Notes: generated from the sequence alone by a model not told the origin. DNA of 59,544 nt from Fimbriimonadia bacterium (GCA_041483895.1 JBGPGO010000019.1:1-59544), one strand, 5' to 3'; positions 9,116-19,221 are shown, counted from the stretch's first letter. Numbers and translations: made by a program.

Positions 9116-10075
9116 CTAGCTCTTGAGCGTTTTCACTTCTCGGCGGATCGTTCGGATGGTGATTGTGTTGGTGCCTTCCATCCCCGTAATGTTGCTGTCC
9201 AGCCGGCTTTCGGATTTCTGGAAGACACCGGTTTTGATATCAAACGATGCGTCAACTTCCAACGTAAATGTGCCGGAGTAGGTCGCCTTTCTGTTTCCCG
9301 ACGCCATCTGCTCCGCGACGTCCGCCTTCATGCGCATGGTGACGAAAGCGATCTGCTTTCCACCGATCGTTTTGACCGCTTTGAGTGTCATTGTCATGGG
9401 TACCGTCCGCGGATTAGCGGTTGCGCCCACCATTGAGCCGGTGTCGATGCTCGCTTCCCCTTCCCAAGTCGCACCTACACCCACCCCTTGTTTCGGGAAC
9501 ACAATTCCCCAAAAACCAACGTCGATCCCCTGCTGCGTTCCACGCACCAACTGGGTCTCCCCGCGATCGTTGTAGAGCCGAGTCTCCCCTTGGGATTTGG
9601 CGTTGTCCTCCTCCTGTTTCGAAGCAATCGCGTCCAATTTGCCGTTCAGTTTGACCGCTGCCTTTATGGATTTGAACTTTTCCGTAACCTTGAGGAAACC
9701 CGGTTCGGTCTTCTCGGGAACCAAGGAAGCAACTCCGGCCAGCTTCTTATCCGCCCGGTTGCTTTCGGCTACGCCGGGGCTGCCTTGGGATTCATAGGCA
9801 TCGGCGGTGACGTTGTAGGTCATCGGTTTGAGTCCGGCATAATTGTAACGAAGGACGTATTTAGGTCCCTTCGTTACGGGCGGGGGAGCGGATTTGCCGG
9901 GCGCCGGGTTCGATGCGTCAATCGGTGAAACGGCTTTCGTGTCTTTCGTCGTCTTCGTCCCATTCGTCGCGGGATCGGACGTTTTTGGTTGAGTTTCTGC
10001 CGTCTTTTGCCCTCCACAGCCTGCCAACCAGACCGCGAAGATGCCGGCCATGCAAATTGCTCTTAGAAAAGTCAT
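9116..10075 (-). CDS. Hypothetical lipoprotein with Pro/Thr linker and beta-rich domain
   Basis: Lipobox LAGC; GGAG RBS; 'FPKQGVGVGATW' motif. Confidence 0.75.
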   Translation of the reverse strand: MTFLRAICMAGIFAVWLAGCGGQKTAETQPKTSDPATNGTKTTKDTKAVSPIDASNPAPGKSAPPPVTKGPKYVLRYNYAGLKPMTYNVTADAYESQGSPGVAESNRADKKLAGVASLVPEKTEPGFLKVTEKFKSIKAAVKLNGKLDAIASKQEEDNAKSQGETRLYNDRGETQLVRGTQQGIDVGFWGIVFPKQGVGVGATWEGEASIDTGSMVGATANPRTVPMTMTLKAVKTIGGKQIAFVTMRMKADVAEQMASGNRKATYSGTFTLEVDASFDIKTGVFQKSESRLDSNITGMEGTNTITIRTIRREVKTLKS

Positions 10076-10145
10076 ATCTCTGCGCTCCCTTATGATCCGC
10101 TCACCAGCAGAATTATGGCATTCGGCTCCATCAGGCCGCAGACCC

Positions 10146-10175
10146 TTGACGAACGTTCGCTTTTCGAGGTAGATT
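10146..10175 (+). promoter_or_regulatory. Putative promoter of rpoZ-dnaJ-prmA-rsmE
   Basis: TTGACG-N18-TAGATT. Confidence 0.45.
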
Positions 10176-10292
10176 CGCTATTCGCGGTAGTAGCGGGCGG
10201 CGGAACCCATTTGACCGCGCTTGAACCGATTTTCAACTCTGAACCTGCAATAAATACCGGCTTATCGGCCGTCAGGAGCCAAACACGAACCG

Positions 10293-10856
10293 ATGTCGAC
10301 TTCCACTCACAACCTCGTCGGCCAATTCGAGAGCAGCTACGTTCTCGCTCTCGTCACAGCAAAACGAGCGAAGCAGCTTCGCGAGGGCGCCCCTCAGCTT
10401 GTAGAATGCGAATCAAATCACTCGATTACGATTGCGCTGGAGGAGATTGCCCAGCACAAAATCCGAGCCGTTATGCCCGATCTGGTCGCGGAAGAGTTGC
10501 AGGCCCAGATCGACCTCAATGAAGAAGAGATTTTGAACATGGACGCCGGGTTGGCCCTGCCTGCTCTGGACGAGGAGGCGGAAGCCGCAGTTGCGCCGGC
10601 GGATCTTGCCGCGCTCTTGGACGATGAAGAGGAAGACCACGAAGCCGAGCCGGATGAAATCACCGCCGGCATTTCCTCGCTGGTCGGAGATGATGAGGAC
10701 GAAGAGGTCGTCGATGAAGAGGTAGTGGGTATGCAAGTGCTCGAAATGGACGGCACTCCGGTTGTGGCCGAAGTCGATCTCGAAGACGACGAAGACGCTG
10801 AAGAGGACGACGCGGATGGAGACGGCGACGGCGACGGCGAGCCAATACCGGCCTAA
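10293..10856 (+). CDS. rpoZ: RNA polymerase omega subunit with long acidic C-terminal extension
   Basis: SSYVLALVTAKRAKQLREGA...ITIALEEI omega signature in the first ~60 aa; the rest is D/E-rich. Confidence 0.88.
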   Translation: MSTSTHNLVGQFESSYVLALVTAKRAKQLREGAPQLVECESNHSITIALEEIAQHKIRAVMPDLVAEELQAQIDLNEEEILNMDAGLALPALDEEAEAAVAPADLAALLDDEEEDHEAEPDEITAGISSLVGDDEDEEVVDEEVVGMQVLEMDGTPVVAEVDLEDDEDAEEDDADGDGDGDGEPIPA

Positions 10857-10865
10857 CTCCGCCGT

Positions 10866-11999
10866 ATGAGCACGCAGCGCGACTATTATGAGGTATTGGG
10901 CGTCGGCCGTTCGGCGACGCGCCAAGAGATTCAAAGCGCCTATCGGCGTCTCGCCCGCGAACACCATCCGGACGTAAACCGCGAGGATCATGCGGCTGAG
11001 GAGCGGTTCAAGGAGATCAACGAGGCCTATCGCGTCCTGTCCGACGAATCGCAGCGGCAGCAATACGATCAGTTCGGCGCCGTCGGCGATGTCGCGCCGG
11101 GGTATGGCGATCCGTTTGCCGGTGTCCAAGATATCTTCGACATGTTCTTTGTCGGAACCGGTCAGCGAGGCGGCAGGCGGAGAACGGGAGGCCGGGCCGG
11201 CGGGGACATTCACCTCGAATTGAACATAACCCTGGGCGATTCCCTCACCGGAGTGGCCCGGGAGTTCAGTTTTCAACGCCTCATGACCTGCGAAGCCTGC
11301 TCGGGCTCGGGCGCGAAGCCGGGAACTCGTCCTCAGGCGTGCAGCCTCTGCCAAGGAACTGGCCAGACCCGCACGCAGCGGCAGACCGTTTTTGGTACCA
11401 CGGTTGTCAGTTCTACCTGCCCTTCCTGTCGGGGTGAGGGAACGGTGATCGCCGATGCCTGCGCAACCTGTTCGGGAGCGGGCTGCGTCTCCAAGACGGT
11501 CAAGCAGAAAGTCGATATTCCCGCAGGGGTGGAGGACGGCGCGACGATGCAGGTCCCGTCCGGAGGTCATGACGGGGAACGCGGCGGACCGCCTGGGGAC
11601 CTTTACATCTCGATAGACATCGATCCGCATAAGAGCTTCTCTCGCCGTGGAACTGTCCTCGCGACCGAGCTTAAACTGTCGTTCGTTCAACTTTCGCTGG
11701 GCGATACCGTGAAGATCGAGACGCTGGACGGCACGGCGGAGCTGGATATTCCGCCCGGCACTCAACACGGGGCTGAGCTGATCATCCGCGGGAAAGGGAT
11801 GCCTTCGCTCGGGCGCAAAGATCGCGGCGACCTGCAGGTCTTCGTTAAATTGACGGTGCCGAAAAAGCTGACCGAGCGGCAGAAAGAGATCCTCGCCGAA
11901 TTTGAAGAGGCCGGAGGCAAGCCTGCGCCTTCCCGCAAAAAGCCCAAGAGCTACCTCGACAAATTCAAGGAGACGCTGCGAGGCGAGGCCAAGGAGTGA
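10866..11999 (+). CDS. dnaJ: Chaperone DnaJ
   Basis: J domain (DYYEVLGV, HPD), four CxxCxGxG motifs, C-terminal domains. Confidence 0.97.
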   Translation: MSTQRDYYEVLGVGRSATRQEIQSAYRRLAREHHPDVNREDHAAEERFKEINEAYRVLSDESQRQQYDQFGAVGDVAPGYGDPFAGVQDIFDMFFVGTGQRGGRRRTGGRAGGDIHLELNITLGDSLTGVAREFSFQRLMTCEACSGSGAKPGTRPQACSLCQGTGQTRTQRQTVFGTTVVSSTCPSCRGEGTVIADACATCSGAGCVSKTVKQKVDIPAGVEDGATMQVPSGGHDGERGGPPGDLYISIDIDPHKSFSRRGTVLATELKLSFVQLSLGDTVKIETLDGTAELDIPPGTQHGAELIIRGKGMPSLGRKDRGDLQVFVKLTVPKKLTERQKEILAEFEEAGGKPAPSRKKPKSYLDKFKETLRGEAKE

Positions 12000-12871
12000 G
12001 CTCCCCCAAGTGGCATGAGATAACTGTGTCATTTCCGGCCGCCTGTCCACCAGCTCTGGTCGAGGACCTATTCGAGGCATTTGAAAGTGGCGGCGCGCCG
12101 GGTGCGGCGGCCTATGAATCACCCAGCCGAGTCGTAACCTATATCCCGGATGGCCCGGCGAGTCGCGAGAGGCTGTCGGACCTGCGCTCCGCGGTCGCGA
12201 ACGTTCAATCGAATTATCACCTTCCTGCAGAAGGTTTCTCTTCCGTTGAGATCGAGGAGACGGATTGGGCGGAGGCGTGGAAGCAGTATTTCAAACCCCG
12301 GCGCATCGGCGACCGCTTCGTGATCTGTCCGACATGGGAGATGGACCATCTCAGTTCCACGGAAAATGACATCCTCATCGTCCTAGACCCAGGTCAGGCG
12401 TTTGGGACCGGCGACCATCCGACCACGCGGATGATGCTCGAGCTGATGGAAAGCTATGTTGTCCCTGGCCAGACCGTCCTCGATGCGGGCGCTGGCTCGG
12501 GCATCTTGACCATCGCCGCCGCGAAACTGGGCGCCGCTAAAGTGTGGGGAAGCGAGATCGAGCACCGCTCCTCGCAGATTTCGCGTGAGAACATCACGCT
12601 CAATGATTGCGAGGCGTCCGTCGTGGTAGGTGACGGCGTCCGTTGGTTTCGCGGTCAGGTGGACGTCGTCCTCAGCAATATCATATCGGCCATCCTCATC
12701 CGCATCACCCCGGATGTCGCGCGAGTTCTGGCCCCCAGCGGACTCTGGATCCTCTCCGGCATATCGGAGCCAAACCTGGACGACGTGAGGCGGGCGGTCA
12801 CTTTGGCGGGATTTACCATCATCGAAATAAAAGAAGAGGGCGAATGGCGTTCGCTGGTCGCGAAGCGCTAA
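11996..12871 (+). CDS. prmA: 50S ribosomal protein L11 methyltransferase
   Basis: DWAEAWKQYF, LDPGQAFGTGDHPTT, VLDAGAGSGIL; located after dnaJ. Confidence 0.95.
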   Translation: MSSPKWHEITVSFPAACPPALVEDLFEAFESGGAPGAAAYESPSRVVTYIPDGPASRERLSDLRSAVANVQSNYHLPAEGFSSVEIEETDWAEAWKQYFKPRRIGDRFVICPTWEMDHLSSTENDILIVLDPGQAFGTGDHPTTRMMLELMESYVVPGQTVLDAGAGSGILTIAAAKLGAAKVWGSEIEHRSSQISRENITLNDCEASVVVGDGVRWFRGQVDVVLSNIISAILIRITPDVARVLAPSGLWILSGISEPNLDDVRRAVTLAGFTIIEIKEEGEWRSLVAKR

Positions 12872-13560
12872 GATCGCTGCCACGCTTCCATGTCTTGGCG
12901 GAGCAGATCACTGGTGGGCGCGTAAATCTGGAGCGCGAACAGGCCCATAAGATTCGAAACGTGCTTCGCCTTCGCGAGGGCTCGGAGATCGCGGTTCTTG
13001 ATGGCACCGGATCGTATTACCGCTGCCGTCTGATTTGGCTGGAAAATGCCAATGTGTCCGCAGAGGTTTTGGAACGAGGCGAGGCCGGTACCGAGGCCCC
13101 CATCCAAATCACGCTGGCCCAGGCGATTCCCAAGCAGGACAAAATGGACCTGATCATACAATCCTGCACCGAAGCGGGAGTTTGTCGATTCCTGCTGTTC
13201 GAAAGCCGCCGCTGCGTCGCCCGATGGCCGGAGCCGAAGATTGCGGGACGCATCGAGCGGCTCCAGAAAATCGCCCACGAAGCGGCCGAGCAGAGTCTCC
13301 GGGCGATTGTCCCTGAAGTGCGATACACGTCCGATGTCAAAGAGGTATTCGTCCCTGGCGGGCTGCTGCTCTACGAAGGCGCGGAAAGGCGGATCGGCAC
13401 AGTGGAGGCCGAAACCAAGATGACCGTGATTGTTGGACCGGAGGGCGGATTTGACGACGAGGAGGCGTCGAGCGCGGGCTGCATTCCCGTCAGCCTCGGA
13501 CCACGGCTGCTCCGCACGGAACACGCCGGGCTATACGCGGTGGCTGCCATCCTGCAATAA
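12844..13560 (+). CDS. rsmE: 16S rRNA m3U1498 methyltransferase
   Basis: HKIRNVLRL, EAAEQS, IVGPEGGF, LGPRLLRTEHA; ATG 12844 follows GAGGG. Confidence 0.93.
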   Translation: MAFAGREALRSLPRFHVLAEQITGGRVNLEREQAHKIRNVLRLREGSEIAVLDGTGSYYRCRLIWLENANVSAEVLERGEAGTEAPIQITLAQAIPKQDKMDLIIQSCTEAGVCRFLLFESRRCVARWPEPKIAGRIERLQKIAHEAAEQSLRAIVPEVRYTSDVKEVFVPGGLLLYEGAERRIGTVEAETKMTVIVGPEGGFDDEEASSAGCIPVSLGPRLLRTEHAGLYAVAAILQ

Positions 13561-13563
13561 GAA

Positions 13564-13638
13564 TGGAGCGGGAAACGAGATTCGAACTCGCGACCCTCTC
13601 GTTGGCAACGAGATGCTCTACCACTGAGCTATTCCCGC
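13564..13638 (-). tRNA. tRNA-Gly(GCC)
   Basis: GCGGGAATAGCTCAGTGGTAGAGCATCTCGTTGCCAACGAGAGGGTCGCGAGTTCGAATCTCGTTTCCCGCTCCA; cloverleaf, encoded CCA, TATAAT upstream. Confidence 0.97.
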
Positions 13639-13775
13639 TCGGGGTACCGCGGATTATACCAAAGCCGATCGGCCGAAGCAAGAATTTTGCGGTTTGTGCC
13701 CGGTCCGGACCCAGAAAGAGGTTTAATCCCCAACCCAGGAACCGTTGTCGCGAGCGCCCAGTAGAACAAGAAGAA

Positions 13776-14849
13776 ATGGAAGAACCGAAACGCACCGCTT
13801 TGGTAGGCATGGATACGGCGGAACTGATCAAGTTCGCCGGGCGGATCGGCGCGCCTGCCTTCCGGGGGAAGCAGCTCTCGGAATGGATATATCGGCAAGG
13901 GGCCGACGGCTATGATAACATGACCAACCTGCCGGCCGAATTCCGGGCCAAGCTGGAGGAAAGCTGCGATTTGCATCCCCTCACTCTTGTTCAGCGGCAG
14001 GATTCGGTGGATGGCGTCACCAAGCTGCTGCTGAACACGCATGACGAACAGGGAATCGAGGCCGTCCTCTTGGACTGTGAGGATCGAATCTCGTCCTGCA
14101 TATCCTCTCAGGTCGGCTGCGCCATGAAGTGCGAGTTTTGCGCGACGGGGCTAGGCGGATACACCCGGAACCTGACGGTCGGCGAAATCGTGGACCAGAT
14201 TCTTCAGCTCCAGATCGCGACAGGGAAACGAGCTGATCACGTGGGTTTTATGGGGATGGGCGAGCCGATGCACAATTTGGATGCCGTGCTGGAATCACTG
14301 CGCATCTTCAATGAAGAGCTTGGGATCGGCTATCGCCGCATGCACGTTTCGACCGTTGGCATCGTCCCGCGGATTCGGGAATTGGCCGACGCCGGACTGC
14401 CGATCCATCTCGCCATCTCGCTCCACTCGCCGACCGATTCGGTGCGGACCGCCATCATGCCGGTGAACAAGAAGTGGCCCGTGCGGGAGGTGATCGATGC
14501 CGCGCGCTATTTCGTCAGCAAGACCGGCCGGAAGATTACGTTTGAATACCTGATGATCGACGGCATCAACGATACGGTGGAGCAGGCTCATCGGCTGGGA
14601 ACGCTGATTAAGGGCATGACGGCATTGGTCACCCTGATCCCGTTCAATTGGGTGGACACGGCGAGAGGTTTCAAAAAGCCGTCGAGCGACCGGATCCGTC
14701 GGTTCCGCGCGGAACTGGAGCGCATGGGCGTTACTGTCAGCCAACGCAAGGAGCGGGGGCAGGGGATCGATGCCGCTTGTGGCCAGCTCCGTGGCAAGCA
14801 TGTCGGCCGGCCTATCCCTGTAAATGCGCGCATTCTGAACGTCGTATGA
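13776..14849 (+). CDS. rlmN: Dual-specificity RNA m2A methyltransferase (radical SAM)
   Basis: CISSQVGCAMKCEFCATG, FMGMGEP, DAACGQL. Start moved downstream of the tRNA. Confidence 0.95.
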   Translation: MEEPKRTALVGMDTAELIKFAGRIGAPAFRGKQLSEWIYRQGADGYDNMTNLPAEFRAKLEESCDLHPLTLVQRQDSVDGVTKLLLNTHDEQGIEAVLLDCEDRISSCISSQVGCAMKCEFCATGLGGYTRNLTVGEIVDQILQLQIATGKRADHVGFMGMGEPMHNLDAVLESLRIFNEELGIGYRRMHVSTVGIVPRIRELADAGLPIHLAISLHSPTDSVRTAIMPVNKKWPVREVIDAARYFVSKTGRKITFEYLMIDGINDTVEQAHRLGTLIKGMTALVTLIPFNWVDTARGFKKPSSDRIRRFRAELERMGVTVSQRKERGQGIDAACGQLRGKHVGRPIPVNARILNVV

Positions 14850-15913
14850 AACGACTCGCGCTTCTTGCTCTGGTCATTGCTCTCGCCGGGTGCGGACCGT
14901 CCGGGGAACCGCCCAAACCGAACAAGCCGCTCGAAATACCGCATCAAAAATCTGAGGCCAAGGCCGTAAAGTCGGAGTACCAAGACAACCAGGGCCGGGG
15001 ATGGAATCTCTCTGTGACCAAGGCCAAAGTGGAATTCACATCCCAGGTTGGTCAAGCGGAGTTTGAGAAGTTCTCCGGCGATTTTTTCGATCAGGGCAAA
15101 AAGGTCGGGTTTATTCAGGCGGCATCCGGGTCCGCTGATACGTCGACGGGAATCGTGAAGGGCGTCGGGGGAGTGGATTTTCGCAGCTACGTGCACAATA
15201 CCGAGATCAAGGCGGACACCATCGAGTGGCGGAGCCGAAGAAACCTTATCATCGCATCGAACGCGGAGGTAAAACGGAAAGAGTTCACTCTGGGCCCGGT
15301 GCCGGCGATGTACGCGGACACCAGCGTCGGGACGATCTGGGTGGATAACCGGGAGGGAAAGTTGAACTTAGCATCGTTGGCACTGCCATTGATTCTGCAC
15401 TTGCAGATTGGCGACGTCAGCTTCGACTATGCGACCGTCAACGCGAAGCTGGTTGACAAGAACACGTGGAGCGTCGTCGTGAAGGGAACCCCCGCGCATG
15501 TCGTTTCCAAACAGCAAGGTATCGATGTTACGGCGGCGAGAATGGACGTGACGCTTGTTCGAAATGAGAAATCCGGTGAGTGGATCATCACAAATTCCAC
15601 CGCTTCGGGTGGGCTCAAGTTCAGCTTTCTCCACCTGGGAGAATCGGAAGATCAACGAATTCAGGCGGTTTCCGGCAGCTGCGATCACGGTGTATACACG
15701 TTCGATGGCAAGGAAAAGGTGCTTCGGTTGATCGAGAAGGTCGTGCTGACGATGCAGCATCAGGACGTCCAGGACCCGGGCGTGCGCAGCCAATCCGACG
15801 AAGCCGTCGTCCGACTGGACCCCAAGACGAATCAGCTCATCGCCTTTGACCTCAATTCCGGCAACGCTAATCTGACCCCCAAGATCAAACCGAAGAAAGA
15901 CGGCGGCGCGTGA
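14846..15913 (+). CDS. Lipoprotein with two beta-jellyroll-like halves; probable LptC-like + LptA-like fusion
   Basis: Lipobox LAGC; beta-rich segments (IQAASGSAD, GVGGV, EIKADTIEW; VSGSCDHGVY, LRLIEKVVL); directly upstream of and overlapping lptB. Confidence 0.65.
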   Translation: MKRLALLALVIALAGCGPSGEPPKPNKPLEIPHQKSEAKAVKSEYQDNQGRGWNLSVTKAKVEFTSQVGQAEFEKFSGDFFDQGKKVGFIQAASGSADTSTGIVKGVGGVDFRSYVHNTEIKADTIEWRSRRNLIIASNAEVKRKEFTLGPVPAMYADTSVGTIWVDNREGKLNLASLALPLILHLQIGDVSFDYATVNAKLVDKNTWSVVVKGTPAHVVSKQQGIDVTAARMDVTLVRNEKSGEWIITNSTASGGLKFSFLHLGESEDQRIQAVSGSCDHGVYTFDGKEKVLRLIEKVVLTMQHQDVQDPGVRSQSDEAVVRLDPKTNQLIAFDLNSGNANLTPKIKPKKDGGA

Positions 15914-16626
15914 TCATTCGGGCCGAGGGCCTCTGCAAATCCTATCGCGGAAGACAGGTCGTGTCAGACGTGTCCGTGGAGATGTCGCAAGGGGAAGTTG
16001 TCGGCCTGCTTGGCCCCAATGGCGCCGGCAAGACCACCACATTCTATATGGTGGTCGGCGCGGTCCGACCGCAGGACGGGAAAGTATTCCTTGACGATCG
16101 CGATGTGACCGGTTGGCCCATGCACCGCCGGGCGCGGGCGGGCATCGGCTATCTCCCCCAAGAGGCGTCGGTCTTTCGCAAGCTGACGGTAGAAGATAAT
16201 CTTCGTCTCGTCCTCGAGCTGCGTGGATTAGACCGCACCACACGAAACAGAAAAGTACAAGAATTACTAGAAAAGTTACACATTTCTAACCTCGCAAAGC
16301 AGATCGGCCTCAAGCTCTCCGGCGGCGAAAGGCGGCGAGTCGAGATTGCTCGCGCCCTGGCATCGGAGCCAAAGTTCATTTTGCTCGACGAGCCGTTTAC
16401 CGGGATAGACCCCAAGACCATCGAGGAGCTGCAGGGCATCATCTCCAATCTGCGCAAGGACGGCATAGGCATCTTGATTACCGACCACAACGTCGCGGCC
16501 ACCTTCCGAATTACGGACCGGTTATACATATTGGTGGACGGCCATATCATTTTTCGCGGCACACCGGACGAGGCCCAAAAGAACGAGATGGTCAAGAAGC
16601 ATTATCTTGGCGGCGGGTATTCCTAG
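15910..16626 (+). CDS. lptB: LPS export ABC transporter ATPase
   Basis: GPNGAGKTTTFYM, GIGYLPQEASVFRKL, LSGGERRRVEIARAL, LITDHNV. Confidence 0.96.
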   Translation: MIIRAEGLCKSYRGRQVVSDVSVEMSQGEVVGLLGPNGAGKTTTFYMVVGAVRPQDGKVFLDDRDVTGWPMHRRARAGIGYLPQEASVFRKLTVEDNLRLVLELRGLDRTTRNRKVQELLEKLHISNLAKQIGLKLSGGERRRVEIARALASEPKFILLDEPFTGIDPKTIEELQGIISNLRKDGIGILITDHNVAATFRITDRLYILVDGHIIFRGTPDEAQKNEMVKKHYLGGGYS

Positions 16627-17756
16627 TGCGCTTCCGGCTCACGGATGTGTTGATGACCAGGGAGTTGGTCGGACCTTTTCTTTTCGGCGTCGGCCTCTTC
16701 ACGATGCTCGGGATGTCCATCACCTACCTATTCGCCTTCACAGATTATGCGGTGAAGGGGATCCCGCTGGGGCGCATCGTCCAGATTTCCATTTTGCTGC
16801 TGCCGGGAATGCTATCGAAGACCCTGCCCGCCGCGATGCTCCTGGCCTCGCTGCTCGCCACAGGCCGCATGTCGGGCGACAGCGAAGTCACCGCGCTCTA
16901 TTCCGTCGGCGCGAATTTGTGGACGGTGATCCGCGCGGTTGCGGGCTGTGGCCTGTTGATCAGCATCTTCGCCATCTTGCTGACTGAGTATGTCGTGCCG
17001 AGGGCAGCATACCGGGCAAACGTTCTAAAAATGGACATCGTCAATCAGTTGGAGCAGAGTCCCGATCATCCCATCCAATTTGTGATCAAGGACGGTAAAA
17101 AGATTCAGTATATGGTGATGGCCCGCAATGGCGATTTTGCGAAGCGCACATTCTGGGGTGTTTCAATGGTTGGCTTTGAAAGTACCAGTCCGGTGCCCAG
17201 TACCTTCTACTACGCGAAGGAGGCCACCTACGCGGGAGGCGACGTGATTAAAATGCTCGACATGCGGCGGATGGACCTCGATTGGGAAGGCGTGAATTTG
17301 AACAAGACCCAAGCCGGTGACGTCAACCTGCCGATCGGCGCCGGCCCATCCTACCTGAGAGCGCTCTTTGCCACATTGGAAACGCAGGCAATAAAGGATC
17401 CGGACGTAACCAACATCGCCGCCACCCGTAGGAAGATCGACGCAATGAGAGAAACAGGGGCGAATCCCGAATCGATCCGAAACCTGGAGATGGGTCTTTA
17501 CAACAAGATCGCCTTTCCGCTTGCGACCTTCATCTTTGCGTTGGTGGGCGCTCCGCTCGGTATTCGTCAATCAAGAACGAGCAACGCGCTCGGATTTGCG
17601 CTGGCGCTCGTTATCATATTTGCGTATTGGATGTTGTCGAGCTACATGGCTGTACTCGGCACCGGTGGGGCCATTCCGGCGTGGCTTGCCAGTTTCGGTC
17701 CCAACGTTGTCGGAATCATGTTCGCGGTTGCGCTCCTCATCAAGCGCGGAAAGTAA
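16626..17756 (+). CDS. LptF/LptG family permease (single copy here)
   Basis: GPFLFGV, GRMSGDSEVTAL, KIAFPLA...GAPLG, LASFGPN; 3+3 TM layout. Confidence 0.92.
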   Translation: MRFRLTDVLMTRELVGPFLFGVGLFTMLGMSITYLFAFTDYAVKGIPLGRIVQISILLLPGMLSKTLPAAMLLASLLATGRMSGDSEVTALYSVGANLWTVIRAVAGCGLLISIFAILLTEYVVPRAAYRANVLKMDIVNQLEQSPDHPIQFVIKDGKKIQYMVMARNGDFAKRTFWGVSMVGFESTSPVPSTFYYAKEATYAGGDVIKMLDMRRMDLDWEGVNLNKTQAGDVNLPIGAGPSYLRALFATLETQAIKDPDVTNIAATRRKIDAMRETGANPESIRNLEMGLYNKIAFPLATFIFALVGAPLGIRQSRTSNALGFALALVIIFAYWMLSSYMAVLGTGGAIPAWLASFGPNVVGIMFAVALLIKRGK

Positions 17757-17772
17757 GAATAGAGGCAGTGTT

Positions 17773-19221
17773 ATGTACCAGTGGCTGATTTGGCTAGGGA
17801 TTATGCTGGTATGCGGAATCATCGCATATATGGGTGATACGCTGGGCAGGAAGCTAGGTAAGAAGCGCCTTACCATATTTGGGCTGCGTCCCAAGCGGAC
17901 GGCGATCCTCGTCACCAGCATCACCGGCTGCCTCATATTCATCGTCGCGCTCGGTAGCGTCGTCACCATAAGCAAAGAGTACCGACAGTGGGTTACGAAC
18001 GGAGTTGAGTCCGTCCGCGAGCTGGAGCGGAAACAGAACGAATTGCGAGAGCAAAACAAGCAGATGGGAAAAATGGTCAAGGAGCTGGACAAAGCCGCCC
18101 AGGAACTGAAAGATCTCAAGGTTTCCATCGGGACGACGAAGGACGCGCTGCAACGGGCCAAGCAAGAGCTGTCCGGCGCGAACGAATTGAAGAAGAAAAT
18201 GACCGCGGATCTGGCCCGTGTCCGGCAACAAGAGAGCACGACCCGAGGCCGGTTGGATGCAACTCTGCAAGATCTCAAGACCGCCGACGAATCGCTTTCT
18301 CGGATCGAGGGTGAAAAAGGCCGATTGACGCAGCAGAACCAGGAACTGATCCGCCAGAACGGCGAGCTAGGCAAGCAGACCATCGAGCTGGAACGCGAAA
18401 AGCAACGCCTCGAACAAGGCAACAGCGCATTGGTCCAAACCAAGAACGACCTGACTGCGGAGACCAATCGCCTTCACCAGCAGTTGGAAGATGAGCGGCG
18501 GCGGTTCAACATCATGTACGATCAAGCGCAGGTGATCGGGATTAAGAACAAGGGTCTGCGAACGAGCCCGGTGCTGTTTCCCGTCGGACAGGAGGTCGCT
18601 CGATTGCCCGTCAAAGGCGGGGCCGCGATGCCAGAGAATCTCAATAGCCTAGACTCGCTGATGGCGATGGCGGAACGCGTGGCCAAAAGCGAAGGGGCAT
18701 CTCCGAAGGAAGACGGCTCCGTAGTTTCTATGATCGAGCGGATGGCCGTCAACGATCAGGGCGATGAGGTGGTTATCAATCCGGAGGAAATCAAGATCGC
18801 GATGGCGCGGGAGATGCAGAAAGCCGTGGGCGATTTTGTGCTCGTGGCGTCGTCCGCCATCAACACTGTGCAGGGGGAGCCGCTCGTCGTAGACATCGGC
18901 TTTCATCCAAACCCAATCGTTTTCAGCGCGGGAGACGCGATTGCCGATACGGACGTCGATTCTTCATTTGACGATAATCAACTGCTCAGCAATCTCATCA
19001 CCTTTCTGCAATCTGACGTCGCCGCAAAGAGCCGAGAGAAAGGGATGATTCCGATCACCGGCCCAAACCGCTCGATCGGCAATGTCACCTACGGCGACCT
19101 GTACTCGCTGCTAAAACGGATCCGGGAGGTGGGTGGAAGGGTCAAGGTGGCTGCCTACTCCACCGGGCAGGTCCGCGCGGCCGATCGCTTGGAGATCGGC
19201 TTTCGCGTGGGGCCTGAATGA
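17773..19221 (+). CDS. DUF3084 coiled-coil membrane protein
   Basis: GIIAYMGDTLGRKLGKKRLTIFGLRPKRTA signature, then a long coiled coil. Confidence 0.88.
   Translation: MYQWLIWLGIMLVCGIIAYMGDTLGRKLGKKRLTIFGLRPKRTAILVTSITGCLIFIVALGSVVTISKEYRQWVTNGVESVRELERKQNELREQNKQMGKMVKELDKAAQELKDLKVSIGTTKDALQRAKQELSGANELKKKMTADLARVRQQESTTRGRLDATLQDLKTADESLSRIEGEKGRLTQQNQELIRQNGELGKQTIELEREKQRLEQGNSALVQTKNDLTAETNRLHQQLEDERRRFNIMYDQAQVIGIKNKGLRTSPVLFPVGQEVARLPVKGGAAMPENLNSLDSLMAMAERVAKSEGASPKEDGSVVSMIERMAVNDQGDEVVINPEEIKIAMAREMQKAVGDFVLVASSAINTVQGEPLVVDIGFHPNPIVFSAGDAIADTDVDSSFDDNQLLSNLITFLQSDVAAKSREKGMIPITGPNRSIGNVTYGDLYSLLKRIREVGGRVKVAAYSTGQVRAADRLEIGFRVGPE

Noticed and set aside
10413..12122. 569-aa antisense ORF and similar shadow ORFs (21542..22843, 33446..35059, 41387..42646)
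   Set aside because: They lie opposite well-supported genes, show no motifs, and are expected from high-GC codon bias.
13564..13638. tRNA-Gly as an island integration site
   Set aside because: It is flanked by core genes, with no integrase and no duplicated 3' end noticed.
13563..13775. N-terminal extension of rlmN in the ORF track
   Set aside because: It runs through the antisense of tRNA-Gly; similarity to RlmN starts near ATG 13776.
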